DNA of 64,000 nucleotides, taken from positions 90,224,873 to 90,288,872 of the forward strand of contig NC_090372.1 in the NCBI RefSeq assembly GCF_036365525.1, written 5' to 3'. The DNA is from Heterodontus francisci. Taxonomy: Eukaryota. Below the pieces are notes generated by a model. That model did not search any database. It was not told the DNA's origin and saw nothing but the letters and a program-made list of their open reading frames with translations. Both the position numbers and the translations under genes were made by a program. Below are positions 23,590-37,262 of the stretch, piece after piece. Each line of letters starts with the position of its first letter. Within the stretch, counting starts at the first letter, position 1.

Positions 23590-24400
23590 TTTATGCAGGT
23601 CTCTGACACTCTCCTTGCTGTTGTTGCCCTGTTGCTGCACCTTGTCTTCTGTTTGTTTGTGTCCTATTGTGACTTCTGGCTGCGTCTTTGGGGCCACATT
23701 TCTTGCATAGGCAGGCCCAGTGTCCTTTTGCACTGCACGCCTTGCACAGGTCTTTGAAATGCAGAACAACTTCGTGGTGAGTAGGACAAACCACACTTAA
23801 CACACAGCTTGTTTACTTTTTGCAACCCGGTTGTTGTGCTGATACTGTTGGCTGAATCTAGTGCTTGCAGATGCTGTTGTTCAGCTACAATGGCTTCGTA
23901 TTTCCTGCCATCTTCTAGCAGCACATCAATGCTGTGACCTTTCTTTTTCCCCAAGAGGTCTTTTTGAAAGGCTTCAATAGGCATTGATACAATCACCAGC
24001 TCCATTATTCGCTCTCACAGCTCAAGTTCTGAAAAATCACTTTTGTTGTCCTTACTACAGCATCTACTGACAAATTGATTTATTGATTCAAGTGGCTGTT
24101 GCCTGTAGGACATCAATTCCAGGTGGTGAATACTAAAATTTATTCTTGCCCGAAACTGATCTTCTAGCACTTTCTATATCTTTGCAGGATCTTTCTGGTT
24201 CTGTTCAGGTAGACCAAAGGCATTGATTCTGTTCCTCCCCTCATTTCCAACTGCTATCAGTATTTTCACAGCCTGCTTCTCTGGTTCTACAACCGCTTAG
24301 TGTATGAAGCATAACTGCATTCTTTGTTAAAAAGTTTGACCTCATATAGGAAATCAATGGCCTTCGAGTTCATGCTGGGAAATTTTCTATCCACCTTTCT
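23590..24400 (-). pseudogene. Gypsy gag remnant with CCHC zinc knuckle
   Basis: CKACSAKGHWACLC (Cx2Cx4Hx4C), preceded by a second degenerate knuckle CVKCG. Confidence 0.7.
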
Positions 24401-25399
24401 GGTGTTTTTTTGCTTTCTGCTCTGTATTTAACTTTGTTCAGCTCTGTGTGTGCCTGCAGCACTGTATTTGTTATGACTTCTATTTGTGGCTTGAAACTGA
24501 TTTTAAAACTTTTTATATTAACTCTGTACTTTAAGAAATTATCTTTTATTTAGACTAGTTGCTTTGATACAGAGTAACAGGTGCTTGATAGTGTCCTCTG
24601 TTTATTTTGCTTTCAGTACTTCAGCTTGTACGTTTGCACAGTTGTTGACTGGCAGTTCAAGGGCTTTCCCCGTTGCTTTTTTTTGTGAGAGTTTACTTAT
24701 CTTCTTCACGGTTGAGTGGTTTAATAATCTTTCAGCTTGACTGCTTCATTGGATACTCTGCAGCATTTGTGCTTTTCCCGCACTTTTTATTTGGACACCT
24801 CCTGTAATGGTGCTGACTTCAATCAACCTGACAGAGGAATTGGGTTTCCCCATAGAGGTTTTTTTAAAAAATCAATCTTTTAAGCACTTCAAAGCTTTTT
24901 TTTTAAACAGAGATTCCTCAACCATTGGCACAATGACTCACCGGATCACAGAAATTTATTTACAGCCTTTCGTTCAGTGTTCTGTCTCCTACAGCTGGAG
25001 GTAAGTTTTTTCTTCTTTCCACTGTTTGTCCAGTATTTCTTTCACTCTTTTCAGGTACTTGTTTTAAAGTTTATTTACTTGATTACTGTTTTGCCTGTGG
25101 TCTTCAAAGTTGTAGTTGGTCTTTTCATCACAGCTGACACCATGTCATGTGTTCTTTGTGCGATGTTAAGCAACACAGTGAGATATGTGGATTCCAGTGC
25201 CTTGGAAATCTTTGACAGTTTTATTAACAGCTTCACTAGTATATACAATACAGAGCAAACCATGTACAGAACCTTTGTCTAGGGCGTTACAGTTGCAGAG
25301 TAACTATGGATTCTAGTCACATGACCACATCCTGCTACTTAGCTCAGTAGCATACTAAGTTCTTAAGGGGACGTCGCTCTTGAAGTGATCACGCAACAA

Positions 25400-25499
25400 T
25401 GGAGGTCCTGGCCATGAAAGCGTCAATGCACATTCCTTAATTTGTATTTGATAGAAGAAGACTGGGAGAATCAATGTCCTATCTATGACCTGTAGAATG
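25400..25499 (+). repeat. Right copy of the 100-bp direct repeat flanking the Gypsy element
   Basis: Matches 18959-19058. Confidence 0.9.
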
Positions 25500-27249
25500 A
25501 GGCATGAAGTCGGAATAGGTTACTGGTGAGATTTCCCTCATTGTGGCAGAGTAATAAAACTGTGAAACTTCCACCCACCCCTCCGACCCTGGCTTAACCT
25601 GAACCATTTTCCTGCGTCAGGTTTCTTAGACATGCATGGTGGGATTCCTGCCATCAAGAAGAAGCATGTTGCTGCATCTGATTGCAATGGTTTGCTGACC
25701 TCCCACCCCAGGAACCACAGGAATTCAAGCTGGAACCAATTGTAGCTGGATCCTCCCTCAAAATCTTCCCTCCAACATCCTGATTGCTCCTAATATCCAT
25801 CCAAAATATTGCAGATTTTTAGTACCACAGATTTAAGGACATAATTTCCATGGGGTCACTGCATATTCAGGGCAAGCACCCATGTCTGAACGACCCCAGC
25901 TGGAATTACATTCAACTTGCACCACTTGTTTTGCCTAAATTCTATTCTTACTGTGGAATGCTCCATTATGGTATGGGAGTTAATAGGAAGCTCCAACTGC
26001 AGTAGTTTGTTACAGCAGTGGTGACGCAAGTGTGCAGAGTTTAAAAGTACAGTATGTGTAAACACTCCAGGTGGGAGTCATTGTGAGACTTGCCTGAGTT
26101 TGGTCACTTGGATTCATGGTATTATAGTCACAAAATGTCACTTTAAACACTGTTGGTCAAATATGTTCAGTGCTTTTTTTGCCACAGCCAGGTGACCTGT
26201 TTCTGTTACCACTCTTCAGCATAACTTTAAGAAGACTAGTTCAATATATTTTACTACTCAATGGAGATGCATCCACATTAAGGGCCTTGTGCACTGTCAG
26301 AAAAACAAACTTTCTTTTGCAATTTGATCCCAAAAAACTAAAATAAATCCTGAAATCCAATATAATAAAAAGGAATTTAATTCATTCAGTCCCCTTTCAG
26401 CAGTGTCCTTGGACATAACCCTTTTATCAACGCTGTTTTACAGGCATCTGTTGTTTTATGATTTGTCAGCTTCTCTGAGTTTTGTAAGTCGGCGTGTGTG
26501 ACTTTTACACTGTACAGCGCATGTGCGTTCAATGTTTCTTCCCTCAGCCATTGCACTTAGTAAAAATGTGCAGTGTACGTCTGTTACTTTGTAACCGTGG
26601 GTGCCTTTTACATGTTCCTCCACTGTGAGGACAAAATGAAGTGGTTATCTGTTGTATATCAGTGTCTGAATCTAGCGATTAAGGTGGTCCTTGTATTTCC
26701 TTGTGCTAGGTCAGTAGGTGGCCCTGCAGCGACAGGTACAACATGGGGTGGGGTTGGTGACTGCCTGGGCCTACATGCTTTGTGGCAGATTAATAATGAT
26801 TGCAGTGAGACGAATGGGTGCTACTAATGTGCTATAACCCTGAGAGATGTTTCCATCATCCATCATCATCCATGCAAGCCCTCGTTGTTGCTGGCCATTC
26901 ATTTAGCATGGCTAGAGATCTGTGTCAGTTCAGACTGCTGAGCCACAATGGGGTTGCTGAAGCTTTATGTTCTCTGGTCTTTTTTGAACTTCAAAAGCTG
27001 CTTGTCAGTCTTAACATGGCTACATGAAATATTGATGCTGAGCTATTGTGCTCTATTTGCAGGCAGACCCTCTGAGGTCTAATTTCCTGCTGATCAAGGC
27101 GACTTCAAGCAGGCACTTGAGCCAGTAGGGACTGCGGCACCTGTAATTCCACCTGCACTTGCTCCTCTTTGCACGTGTCCTGTGCTTCATTCAGCACCTA
27201 CAACTCATAAACTGAACCCCATAGAGTGCATTTATCCATGACTGCTTGT

Positions 27250-27535
27250 CACAGATTTAAGGTGATTGGTAGAAGGATTAGAGGGGACATGAGGAAACAC
27301 TTTTTCACCCAGAGAGTGGTGGGTGTCTGGAATTCACTGCCTGAATCAGTGGTGGAGGCAGAAACCCTCAACTCATTTAAAAGGTACCTGGACATGCACC
27401 TGAAGTGATGTAACCTGCAAAGCTATGGACCAGGTGCTGGAAGGTGGGATTAGATTGGGCTGCTAGTTTTTTTTTAGCTGGTGCAGACACAATGGACTAA
27501 ATGGCCTCCTTCTGTGCCGCAACTTTTCTATGGCT
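27250..27535 (+). mobile_element. CR1 3' end fragment
   Basis: HRFKVIGRRIRGDMRKHFFTQRVVGVWNSLP followed by a CR1 3' UTR. Confidence 0.85.
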
Positions 27536-28193
27536 CAATGGTTCCACTATATGACTGATTGATCCGGGCAGTGTGGAATGCTCAGTTGAGGCTTGTCAGT
27601 GGGTTGTGGCCCATCCTTCTCTTTGTTGCCCATAGGAGCAGAAAAAGAACATATTTTACAATTCTGGCAGCAAGACATCTCTTGAAACAGAGCTTATATG
27701 GTAAGACATTCCAGTATGCGAAGCTGCAGTGTGAGCCTGTGTGTGAGAGAAAGAATGAGTGATAAATAGAATAAAAATGCAATGTGAGGATGATACTGCT
27801 ACAAGCTTGGGAGGCTTCCAAAGTCCCTGACCCTCACACCTTTAAATGCCTGCAGGATCCCCAGTACATTCATCCTTCATAAAGAGCCAAGGGTCGTAGT
27901 TTAGGTGACTCGCTTCCTTTCATACAAACATGCAGAAATGACAGGTCCATCCAGCTTGTCCAATATAGTTGTGATGTCTTGTACTTCATAATACAAACAA
28001 TCCCCACCCACACATTACCATGTAATCTCCAGGGAGGGATGAAAAACCCAGATAAAAACCAAGGCCAATTAGGGGGGAAAAAAAGAAAAATTCCTCCCCA
28101 ACACCTTTAGGCAATCATAACTAGTTCAGGTGATAGAAAGGGATTTGGGTGTTTTAATGCATCTATCTCCAAAGATTCATAACAAAGCTGTGA

Positions 28194-29100
28194 TTTTTTT
28201 TTTATTCATTCATGGGATGTGGGCGTCGCTGGCCAGGCCAGCATTTATTGCCCATCCCTAATTGCCCTTGAGAGGGTGGTGGTGAGCTGCCTTCTTGAAC
28301 CACTGCAGTCCATTTGGGGTAGGTACACCCACAGTGCTGTTAGGAAGAGAGTTCCAGGATTTTGACCCAGCGACAGTGAAGAAACGGCGATATAGTTCCA
28401 AGTCAGGATGGTGTGTGACATGGAGGGGAACTTGCAGGTGGTGGTGTTCCCATGCGTTTGCTGCCCTTGTCCTAGTTGGTAGAGGTCGCTGGTTTGGAAG
28501 GTGCTGTCTAAGGAGCCTTGGTGCATTGCTGCAGTGCATCTTGTAGATGGTAAACACTGCTGCCACTGTGCGTCGGTGGTGGAGGGAGTGTATGTTTGTG
28601 GATGGTGTGCCAATCAAGCGGGCTGCTTTGTCCTGGATGGTGTCGAGCTTCTTGAGTGTTGCTGGAGCTGCACCCATCCAGGCAAGTGGAGAGTATTCCA
28701 TCACACTCCTGACTTGTGCCTTGTAGATGGTGGACAGGCTTTGGGGAGTCAGGAGGTGAGTTACTCGCTGCAGGATTCCTAGCCTCTGACCTGCTCTTGT
28801 AGCCACGGTATTTATATGGCTACTCCAGTTCAGTTTCTGGTCAATGGTAGCCCCTAGGATGTTGATAGTAGGGGATTCAGCGATGGTAATGCCATTGAAT
28901 GTCAAGGGGAGATGGTTAGATTCTCTCTTGTTGGAGATGGTCATTGCCTGGCACTTGTGTGGCCGAATGTTACTTGCCACTTATTAGCCCAAGCCTGGAT
29001 ATTGTCCAGGTCTTGCTGCATTTCTACATGGACTGCTTCAGTATCTGAGGAGTCACGAATGGTTCTGAACATTGTGCAATCACCAGTGAACATCCCCACT
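28194..29100 (-). mobile_element. 5'-truncated LINE, Zenon-like branch of the CR1 group
   Basis: ORF 28258-28980 with post-RT region LNWSSHI, VRSVMEYS, HSLHHRRTVAAV. ATGAATGAATAAAAAA tail. Clade assignment tentative. Confidence 0.8.
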
Positions 29101-29389
29101 ACAGCTATAGCTAACATAAACAGGGTTCTAGGTTGCACTCAAAGGACAGTTCACTATAAAAAAAATACACCATTTTATCCTTGTACGAGATTACCTCACC
29201 TCCCTCCTTCCTCCACCATTTCCAGGGACAATTTCCTTGGGTCTCCGAATGCAGCCTGCAACCATGGGATATCCCACTCCTACTTGCCAGCCTCCACATC
29301 ATCCCCACTGTCTTCAACAGAAGTTGGTATGGACCTATTGACTGCAGACTATGCTGTGCTGAAAGAGCCATGGTGCCTCTGCACTGCGA

Positions 29390-29552
29390 AATTATGATAC
29401 ATTTAAGGAAAAGTGAGGTAAGTATATAAGGGAGAAAGAAATTGACGGTTATGCTGATAAGGTGAGATGTAGAAGGAGACTTGTGTGGTGCATAAACACT
29501 GACATTGACCAGATGGCCAGAATGGTCTGTTTCTATGCTGTCATTTCTATGT
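29390..29552 (+). mobile_element. Old CR1 3' UTR fragment
   Basis: GGCCAGAATGGTCTGTTTCTATGCTGTCATTTCTATG tail motif. Confidence 0.6.
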
Positions 29553-30134
29553 AATCATCCCCATTATTCAGTTCAGGTGACTGTATAAAAGTATTGCAAT
29601 TCTAAATATTATTTTTTATAGTTGTTTTTGATTTGTTTGCAGTGGGCTAAAACTGAGACACTGACAGATGTCAAGTCGTATGGCCCAATTAGGTTTCAGT
29701 TATATTTAAATGTCAGGATATAAATAATAGAAAGTCAGTGTATTGTTTGGCAATGTTTCATTTGTACAGTTATTAAAACTACTGTAGGGAAGCACCTGGT
29801 CACACTTACCACAGATGTGTGCTATTATGCATCAAAACATAAGATATAACTAGGGAATAACCAGACACTGTAAGGAGCAGCATGTAAAATAGTGGCCAAA
29901 AACCCAATATGTTGGCAGACTAGAGAGCAAATGAGGCAGCCAAAATATTAGTTTTAACTTAATAATGCTGGCCCGAAACAACAATAATCTTTGTTTATTT
30001 CTGTTTTTTCTACCTATATCAACGTATTAGAGGTATTAGCAGACCAAAGTGACTGAAAGGCACAAAGTTCTAATTGAAACCTTTCAGCCATGTTGGCTTC
30101 TGATAACTGTCCTGTTACTTGCTGAAGTACGTAG

Positions 30135-30420
30135 ATTTCCCCAGTGGCTCAGTAAATTTATCAGTACGTGGCAGAGCTGTACAGACTAGCAACCTTCCAG
30201 CTTTGATACCTGTCCGTGCTGAGCTTGCTGATCTTAGGTGGGGGGGTCAGTAACAATGTTGCAAATAGCCTCAGTGTTCCTGAATCAGGGAGGTGGAAGT
30301 TAATCTGGGTTCCTGCTCCTGATTGCTATCCATTGATCCCTGCAAGTGTGCATCATGACTGGGTTTCGTTCTGATGTCCAATTGTTAGATTACTCTCCCA
30401 GCATTTGCTGTCAATAGACA
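30135..30420 (+). mobile_element. Old SINE-like repeat (unassigned)
   Basis: Degenerate A box GTGGCTCAGT. Body GCTGAGCTTGCTGATCT...CCTGCTCCTGATTGCTATCCA resembles pieces at 31085-31170, 31445-31525 and about 37020-37220 (-). Confidence 0.45.
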
Positions 30421-30700
30421 GTTGCATAAGGTATTGGAGGGTAGCTCGTACCTGTGGAGTTGTATCCCAGACTGAATTAACACCTTCAAGTGAGGAGGTA
30501 CGTGCAAAATTGGTGATCAAAAGAAAGGAAATAAACTTCTGTTGCAGTGTTAATATAATTATTGTTCAGTTCCATGTGAAAATTTTCTAGGGAAGTCATG
30601 CCAATAGAAAATAAATGTCATACGCATCCATCTATCACAAATTTCTAAATTCACTACTAATGCAATTTTTGAGGGGCACATCGCCTTCAGAAGCTGTTTG

Positions 30701-31026
30701 TTATTATTTATTTAGAGATACAGCACTGAAACAGGCCCTTCGGCCCACCAAGTCTGTGCTGACCATCAACCACCCATTTATACTAATCCTACATTAAGCC
30801 CATATTCCTACCACATCCCCACTTTCCCCTACCTATACTAAGGGCAATTTATAATGGCCAATTTACCCATCAACCTGCAAGTCTTTGGCTGGAAACTGGA
30901 GCACCCGGCGAAAACCCACGCAGTCACAGGGAGAATTTGCAAACTCCACACAGGCAGTACCCAGAATTGAACCTGGGTCGCTGGAGTTGTGAGGCTGCAG
31001 TGCTAACCACTGCGCCACTGTACCAC
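30701..31026 (-). mobile_element. HE1-type SINE
   Basis: Reverse complement of the 56378 copy, with a shorter G-rich middle and a (TAAA)n tail. Confidence 0.9.
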
Positions 31027-31171
31027 TGTTAGCTCTTGCTGGTTTTCGAGGTGGGTGTGTATACAAAGTTTCAGTGGATAAAAGCACCATGAGCTGTACT
31101 ACTGAGGCATATGAACCATGAAGGTCCAAGTTCAATCCTAGTCTATTCTGAATTTACTGACCTCAGCCAGG

Positions 31172-31445
31172 ACCTTAAAATTAGAGCTAGGCCATTCAGG
31201 AGTGATGTCAGTAAGCACTTCTTCACACAAATGGTAAGGAATATCTGGAACTCTCTCCCCCAAAATGCTGTTGAAGCTAAGTCAATTGAAAATTTCAAAT
31301 CTGATATTGCTGGACTTTTGTTAGGTAAGGGTATTAAGCAATAGGGAACCAAGGTGTGTTGGCAGAGTTAGGATGCAGATCAACCATGATCTAATTGAAT
31401 GTTGGAATAGACTGAAGGGGCTGAATGGCCTACTCCTGTTCCAAT
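31172..31445 (+). mobile_element. CR1 3' end fragment
   Basis: LKIRARPFRSDVSKHFFTQ..WNSLPQ followed by 3' UTR GGGCTGAATGGCCTACTCCTGTTCC. Confidence 0.8.
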
Positions 31446-31525
31446 GGCAGTGGTGCACCAAATGGCCATTACTGTCTCCTGAGATAGAAAAATCACCAGA
31501 ATTCCTGCTTTGGATTGGTATCTAG

Positions 31526-32588
31526 TGTCAGGGAAACCCTATATGCCAAATGGGAAATATTAATTTAATCAGTTGGAAACTTACCTTGGACTTTTAATGG
31601 GAAAAAAACAAAAAAATAACTTTTAAAAAACTAGCATCCAAGATGGCCACTGCCATTTACATCTGAAATACCAGGAGATTAGACTGGAAATAAGAAGTCT
31701 AACAAGAAGCCCAGCCAGGAAAATGGTTTGCTCTAAGTGATTGAATTACCTAGAATGGCTTCATTAACACAGCCGTCAAGGTCATCCCCAACCATTGACT
31801 TTGAAAGAGCCAACCCCCTCCAAGTGGTGAATGGACATCCTAGGACATGTAGAAACTTGAATTTCATTAGAAGATTCCAGAAAAACCTCATTGAAAACCA
31901 TGTGACCACCTGTTCATCTCTGAAGAAACAAGTTTTGCTACACAGACAAGCAGACAAGCAGTAACCGAGTGGACATTAGCTGAGAAGCTGCTGCTCCCCT
32001 GTCTCTCTCTCTTCTCTCTCTCTCCCCAGAAAATATCAAGTGAAAATTATCTGCGACTGGGGGACCCTCCAAGCCTGCAGACTGCTATAGCTAGCAACCA
32101 GGGGATGAGTGCCAACTACAAATTCTGTCTTTAGGAAAACCCTGAGCAAAGCAAGCCAGCCGAAATACACTTTGACCAGCAAGGACTTCAAGAATACAGT
32201 TTCAGCCGAGGACTACTGGATCACCCACTTTACAGACTGTATTTCAGTTCTATTTATTCTGGACTTTAATTCAACCACCAAATCTATGTTTCCCTCCTGT
32301 AATCTTTTGTGTGTGTGATTCTTGTGTGAATGTGTGCCTGAATATGTGCCTGAATATGTAGTGTATTTTTAGTACTTTTTAAATTGGGTTCAAGTGTTAA
32401 GTATAGTAAACTTACCTCTTTCTTGTTTAAACTCAAGAAAACCTGTCCGATTGGTTCTTTCACAATCACAGTAAAGGAAAAAGGTAAAACACTCACAGAG
32501 GTGTTAAGTACAACCACTGTTTAAAAGGAAAAATAAGAGGAAGGGGCAAGAGGGAAGCCTGAGGCCCTCTCCTCATCTGGGCGTAACA
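31526..32588 (+). mobile_element. Solo-LTR-like element, family B
   Basis: TGTCA...GTAACA ends with near-TSD CTAG/CTGG. Both ends homologous to 51412-52442 (-). Confidence 0.8.
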
Positions 32589-32911
32589 CTGGTAATCGCG
32601 ACCCCTCCCACACTGTGTACATGCTCACCCCGGCAACCATCTCCACCTCACTGGAAAATTAAGATGCTCAGATATTGATGAAGAAAGGCTTTGGCTTTCT
32701 GTATGTCTCCATGCTAAAGAAGCAAGCTGATACTCACCTTTTAAACTGAAACATGAAGAATGGTAGTAAAGGGCTACCGAGACAAGGGAACCGTACCTCA
32801 GCATGAGCTACTTGTCTGCAGTGGAAGAGGGGAAATTGGAGATGGCCTTATTGAAATTCAGCTTAGAGATTTGGTATAGTAGAGGCTGGAGACACATTCT
32901 GGACTAGAGAT

Positions 32912-35192
32912 ATACGAACATACGAATTAGGAGCAGAAGTAGGCCATTCAGCGCCTTGAGCCAGCTCCGCTATTCAATGAGATCATGGCTGATCTGTTTG
33001 TGTTTCGAATTCCACACTCCCATTTACCCCCGATACCCCTTGATTCCCTTGCCTAACAAGAAACTATCTATCTCCGCCTTAAAAATATTCAATGACCCCA
33101 CCTCCACCGACGTCTAAGGCAGAGAGTTCTAAAGTCGCACAACCCTCTCAGAGAAAACATTTCTTCTCATCTCTGCCCTGAAAGGGTGTCCCCTAATTTT
33201 AAAACAGTGCCCCATAGTTCTGGACTCACCCACAAGAGAAAACATCCTCTATACATCCACCTTATCAAGGCCATTCAGAATCTTATAAACTTCAATCAAG
33301 TCTCCCCTCACTCTTCTAAACTCCAGTGAAAACAAGCCCAGTCTGTCCAACCTTTCCTCTTAAGACAACCCACTCATTCCAGGTATCAATCGAGTAAACC
33401 TCCTCAGAACTGCCTCCAACGCATTTACATCCTTCCTTAAATAAGGAGCCCAAAATAACTGAAGGATAACATCCTTACTTATATTTTCAATTCCTCTCAT
33501 AATAAAGGATAGCATTCCATTAGCCTTCTTTATTATTTGCTGTACCTGCATACTAACTTTTTGTGCATCCTTCACGAGAACACCTAGATCCCTCTGCACC
33601 TTGGAATTTTGCAGTCATTCTCCATTTAAGTAATACTCTGCTTTTTTATTCTTCCTGTCAAAGTGAACAACTTCACATTTTCCCACATTATACTCCATCT
33701 GCCAGATTTTTGCCCACTCACTCAACCTATCTATATCAGTCTGCAAGCTCCTTATGTCCTCTTCTCAACATACTTTCTTACCTATCTCTGCAAATTTAGC
33801 TACCAAGCCATCGCTCCCCTCATCTAAGTCATTGATATAAATTGTAAAAATTTGAGGCCCCAAAACAGGCCCCTGCGGGACTCCACTGGTCACATCCTGC
33901 CAATCAGAATAGGACCCATTTATGCATAATCTCTGTTTTTTGCCAGCCAACCAATCTTCTATCCATACGAATATGATACTCCTACACCATGAGCTTCTAC
34001 TCTGCAAAATAACCTTTTATGTGGCACCTTGTCAAATGCCTCTGGAAATCCAAGTACTGTATGTCAACAGGCTCCCCTTTCTCCACAGCATATGTCACTC
34101 CTTCAAAGAACTCCAGAAAATTGGTTAAACATGATTTCCCTTTCACAAAACTATGCTGACTATTCCCAATTACTTTGAGTTTTTCTAAGTGCCCAGCTAC
34201 AACCGCCTTAATGATTCTTTCGAACACTTTCCCCATGACAGACTTCAAGCTAACTGGCCTATACTTACCTGTTTTCTGCCTTGCACCCTTCTTGAATAGA
34301 GGGGTTATATTTGCTACTTTCCAGTCTGACGGAACCTTTCCAGAATCTAGTGAATTTTGAAAAATTAACACCAACGCATCTATTACCTCACTAGCCACTA
34401 GAATGACCCTAGAATGAAGTCCACCAGGATCTGGGGACTTGTCAGCCTGCAGCTCCATCAGTTTGCTCAGTACTGCTTCCCTGGTGATTGTAATTTCACC
34501 AAATTCCTCTTTTCCACCTCCTGATTTACAGACATTGCAGGAATGTTTTGTGTATCCTCGGTAGTGAAGACAAAATAAAAATATTTCTTCATTTCATCTG
34601 CCATTTCCTTATTATCTACTATTAGCTCCCCATTCTCACTTTCCTTACTCTTTTCATTTTTAACTACCTGTAGAAACTCTTTCTATCCGTTTTTACATTT
34701 CTAGCTAGCTTCCTCTCATACACTAATTTCTTTCTCCTGATTAACCTTTTAGTCATTCTCCGCTGTTCTTTATATTCTGACCAATAATCTGAACTGCCAC
34801 TCATCTTTGCACAATGATATGCCTTTTCCTTAAGTTTGATGCTTTCCTTAACTTCTTCAGTTAACCTTGGATGGTGGGTCCTCCCCTTAGAAATTTTTCT
34901 TTATAGTAGGAATATACTTATTCTGAAATATCCCCTTAAATATCTGCTACTGCTTCTCTATTGATCTATCTCCAAGCCTAGTAACCCAGTTCACTTCAGC
35001 TAGCTCAGTTTTCATACCCACATAGTTGCCCTTATTCAAGTTTAAAATACTAGTCTTAGACCCACTCTTCTCTCTTTCAAACTGCATATAAAATTCAATC
35101 ATATTGTGGTCACTGCTACCTCGAGATGCCTTTACTCTGAGGTCATTAATAAATCCTGTCACATTACACAATACCAAGTCTAATACCAGTCC
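32912..35192 (-). mobile_element. Older CR1 LINE, heavily mutated ORF2
   Basis: ORF pieces 34947-35204 (SSDHN), 33997-34458, 33765-34007 (GVPQG) and 33360-33599. TTCGTATG tail. Confidence 0.9.
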
Positions 35193-37262
35193 TGTTTGAA
35201 CCAATTCAGACCGGAGTGCAGACCAGACAAAATGCGAAACTACCTCAATGTGTGTTTAGATCCAAAAATATCCAACAAGGAGCAGAGAATAATTTGCATC
35301 AGGGAAAATCCGATTTTACTCGTGCTGCAGTAATAGCAGTTACAGGATGCAACATAACATATAAAATAGGTTTTTCAACTTGTTTATTTCTTCAGCGATA
35401 GCAAACAAATACAAGGAGGACAGTAGTGGGTAGAAAGTAAAACCTCTTGTCTGTGCACAGTTCTTTCCAAGTTTGTAGATAAACCACCACATACAAACAC
35501 TACACATTTCTTGGTAATTTTGTGGACTAAGCAAAACCACACATAAGTCTGTATTAGGTAAATAGTGGAAAGTAGGGTTTTTTCTTCTAAGTACAAAGTA
35601 AATGGTGCAGCTTCTAGCAATAGCAATACTCTATAACTAACATCTAAACCTGCTGTCTCTTTGGATTCACTTTATTCTTTAAAAATAAATATCGGCCAAA
35701 AATGTGCTGACAAAATAACGACGTATGCCATTTTTAATGTGCAAATCAGCCAGCAGCTTGAGGCAAGGAATAGATACTCCATGAATTGAGAATTGCTACG
35801 AGTTGCTGGACGATTTGTGCAACTCTGCCATTAAAATAGCATCTCACCCTTAACCCCTTTGTGAGTTTCATGTTATTGCTGCATTTGCACATTAGTTGTC
35901 CATTAAACATATCACAGAAAGGGAAGTCTGGCAATTAATAGCATAACTGCTCTTTTAATGATCTGATAATTGTTAATGACTCACAATCAACCTCTCCATC
36001 CCAGAAAGTGAACAATTAAAAGTGTGGAATCTCATTCCTTCAGGTAGTGAATTGTTGTTGGAGATATTGAAAATTTCAAATTTCAAATTTTTAAAAACAA
36101 TTCTTATTTTACCTTTCTGCCTCTGTTTTCTACTTCAGTGTATCCCATGGTCTGGAGGCCAGCATAGTCACTGTTTGTCTGCCACACAATTTGACAGCTC
36201 TTCCTGTGTCACCGACAGCTCATCTTAAAGGAACTGAATTCTGCAGTGAAACCATTCACCACAGTGTAACCTTCAACTCTACTCAGTAATAAAGAGAGCA
36301 ATCAGGCAAAGGTAATAGCCTCCTACACAGTAGGATTAAAAAAGAAAAATGAATAGAATTAAACTGTTTAGTTTGCAGTACAGAGGAAGTAGAAGTGTCC
36401 TTCAGTACTAGCAGTGATTCTAACTTATATTCATTTTGCTACTGTCTCATGGGAGAGAACATAATCTCCCACAGCCCAGCTGAAGAGTTGCAAAGTCACT
36501 GTGTAAGTATTTACCAGCATTTTTCCTGCTTTCTCTCATTGATTCATGTTGCAGTGCAGTTCCCTCTGTGCCAGTCACCTTTCCTGACTAACTATTCTTC
36601 ACATGCAAGCTTAAGCAGTCAGCAGAATTTATTATCATTAGCATTACACCGATGGCTGCCAACTCTGATTGGACATATTCCTGAAGATGTCATCACATGA
36701 CCGACTGCCTCCAACCACCTGACCCCATGCTCCCGCCATTGGTGCCCTGTCTTTGTATGCCAATCGAAAAGTGAACAGACTCTTCATTATCTCTGGATGA
36801 TTCTTGACTGTCAGTCAAACAACCTTTTTCCCCATGTTTGATATCTTTGTATCAGATTTTTAAAAAGTGTTCAAAGAATTCATTTGTAAAAAGCACAATT
36901 TTTAGTGCCGTAATGATTTTTCTTCTGGGTTGCTCGCAGCAGTGTCCTAGAGATTAATCTTTAATTCTTGGAGATTCCAGAGCAATCCTGGAGGGTTGGC
37001 AAGCTTAATCAAAGCCTTACCCAAAACTGCTCTCACATACACATACTTGCATGCTTCTGATCATTAGATAGTGGTCTGGAGCAGGACGCTCCTTAATCCA
37101 GGGGCCCAGCTGAGCTCAGCAAACCAAGGGCAGTCGGAGATTGAAAGTAGGACCTTGCTATACTGTAGGTTCAAAAGCACATAGAGCAGTGCATTTATGC
37201 ATCAAGGCACTGGAGAAGCTGCAGGTCATCTCTCAGTATGATCTAAATATACACGTAGTACT

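Larger units (their letters stand above)
19057..25398 (-). mobile_element. Ty3/Gypsy LTR retrotransposon (Mag-like), two LTRs, decayed
   Basis: LTRs 25143-25398 (5', TG..CA) and 19057-19299 (3', last ~14 bp missing). PBS TGGTGTCAG at 25142-25134. PPT GAAAGAAAGGGGA at 19312-19300. Domain order gag-PR-RT-RH-IN. Confidence 0.9.
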
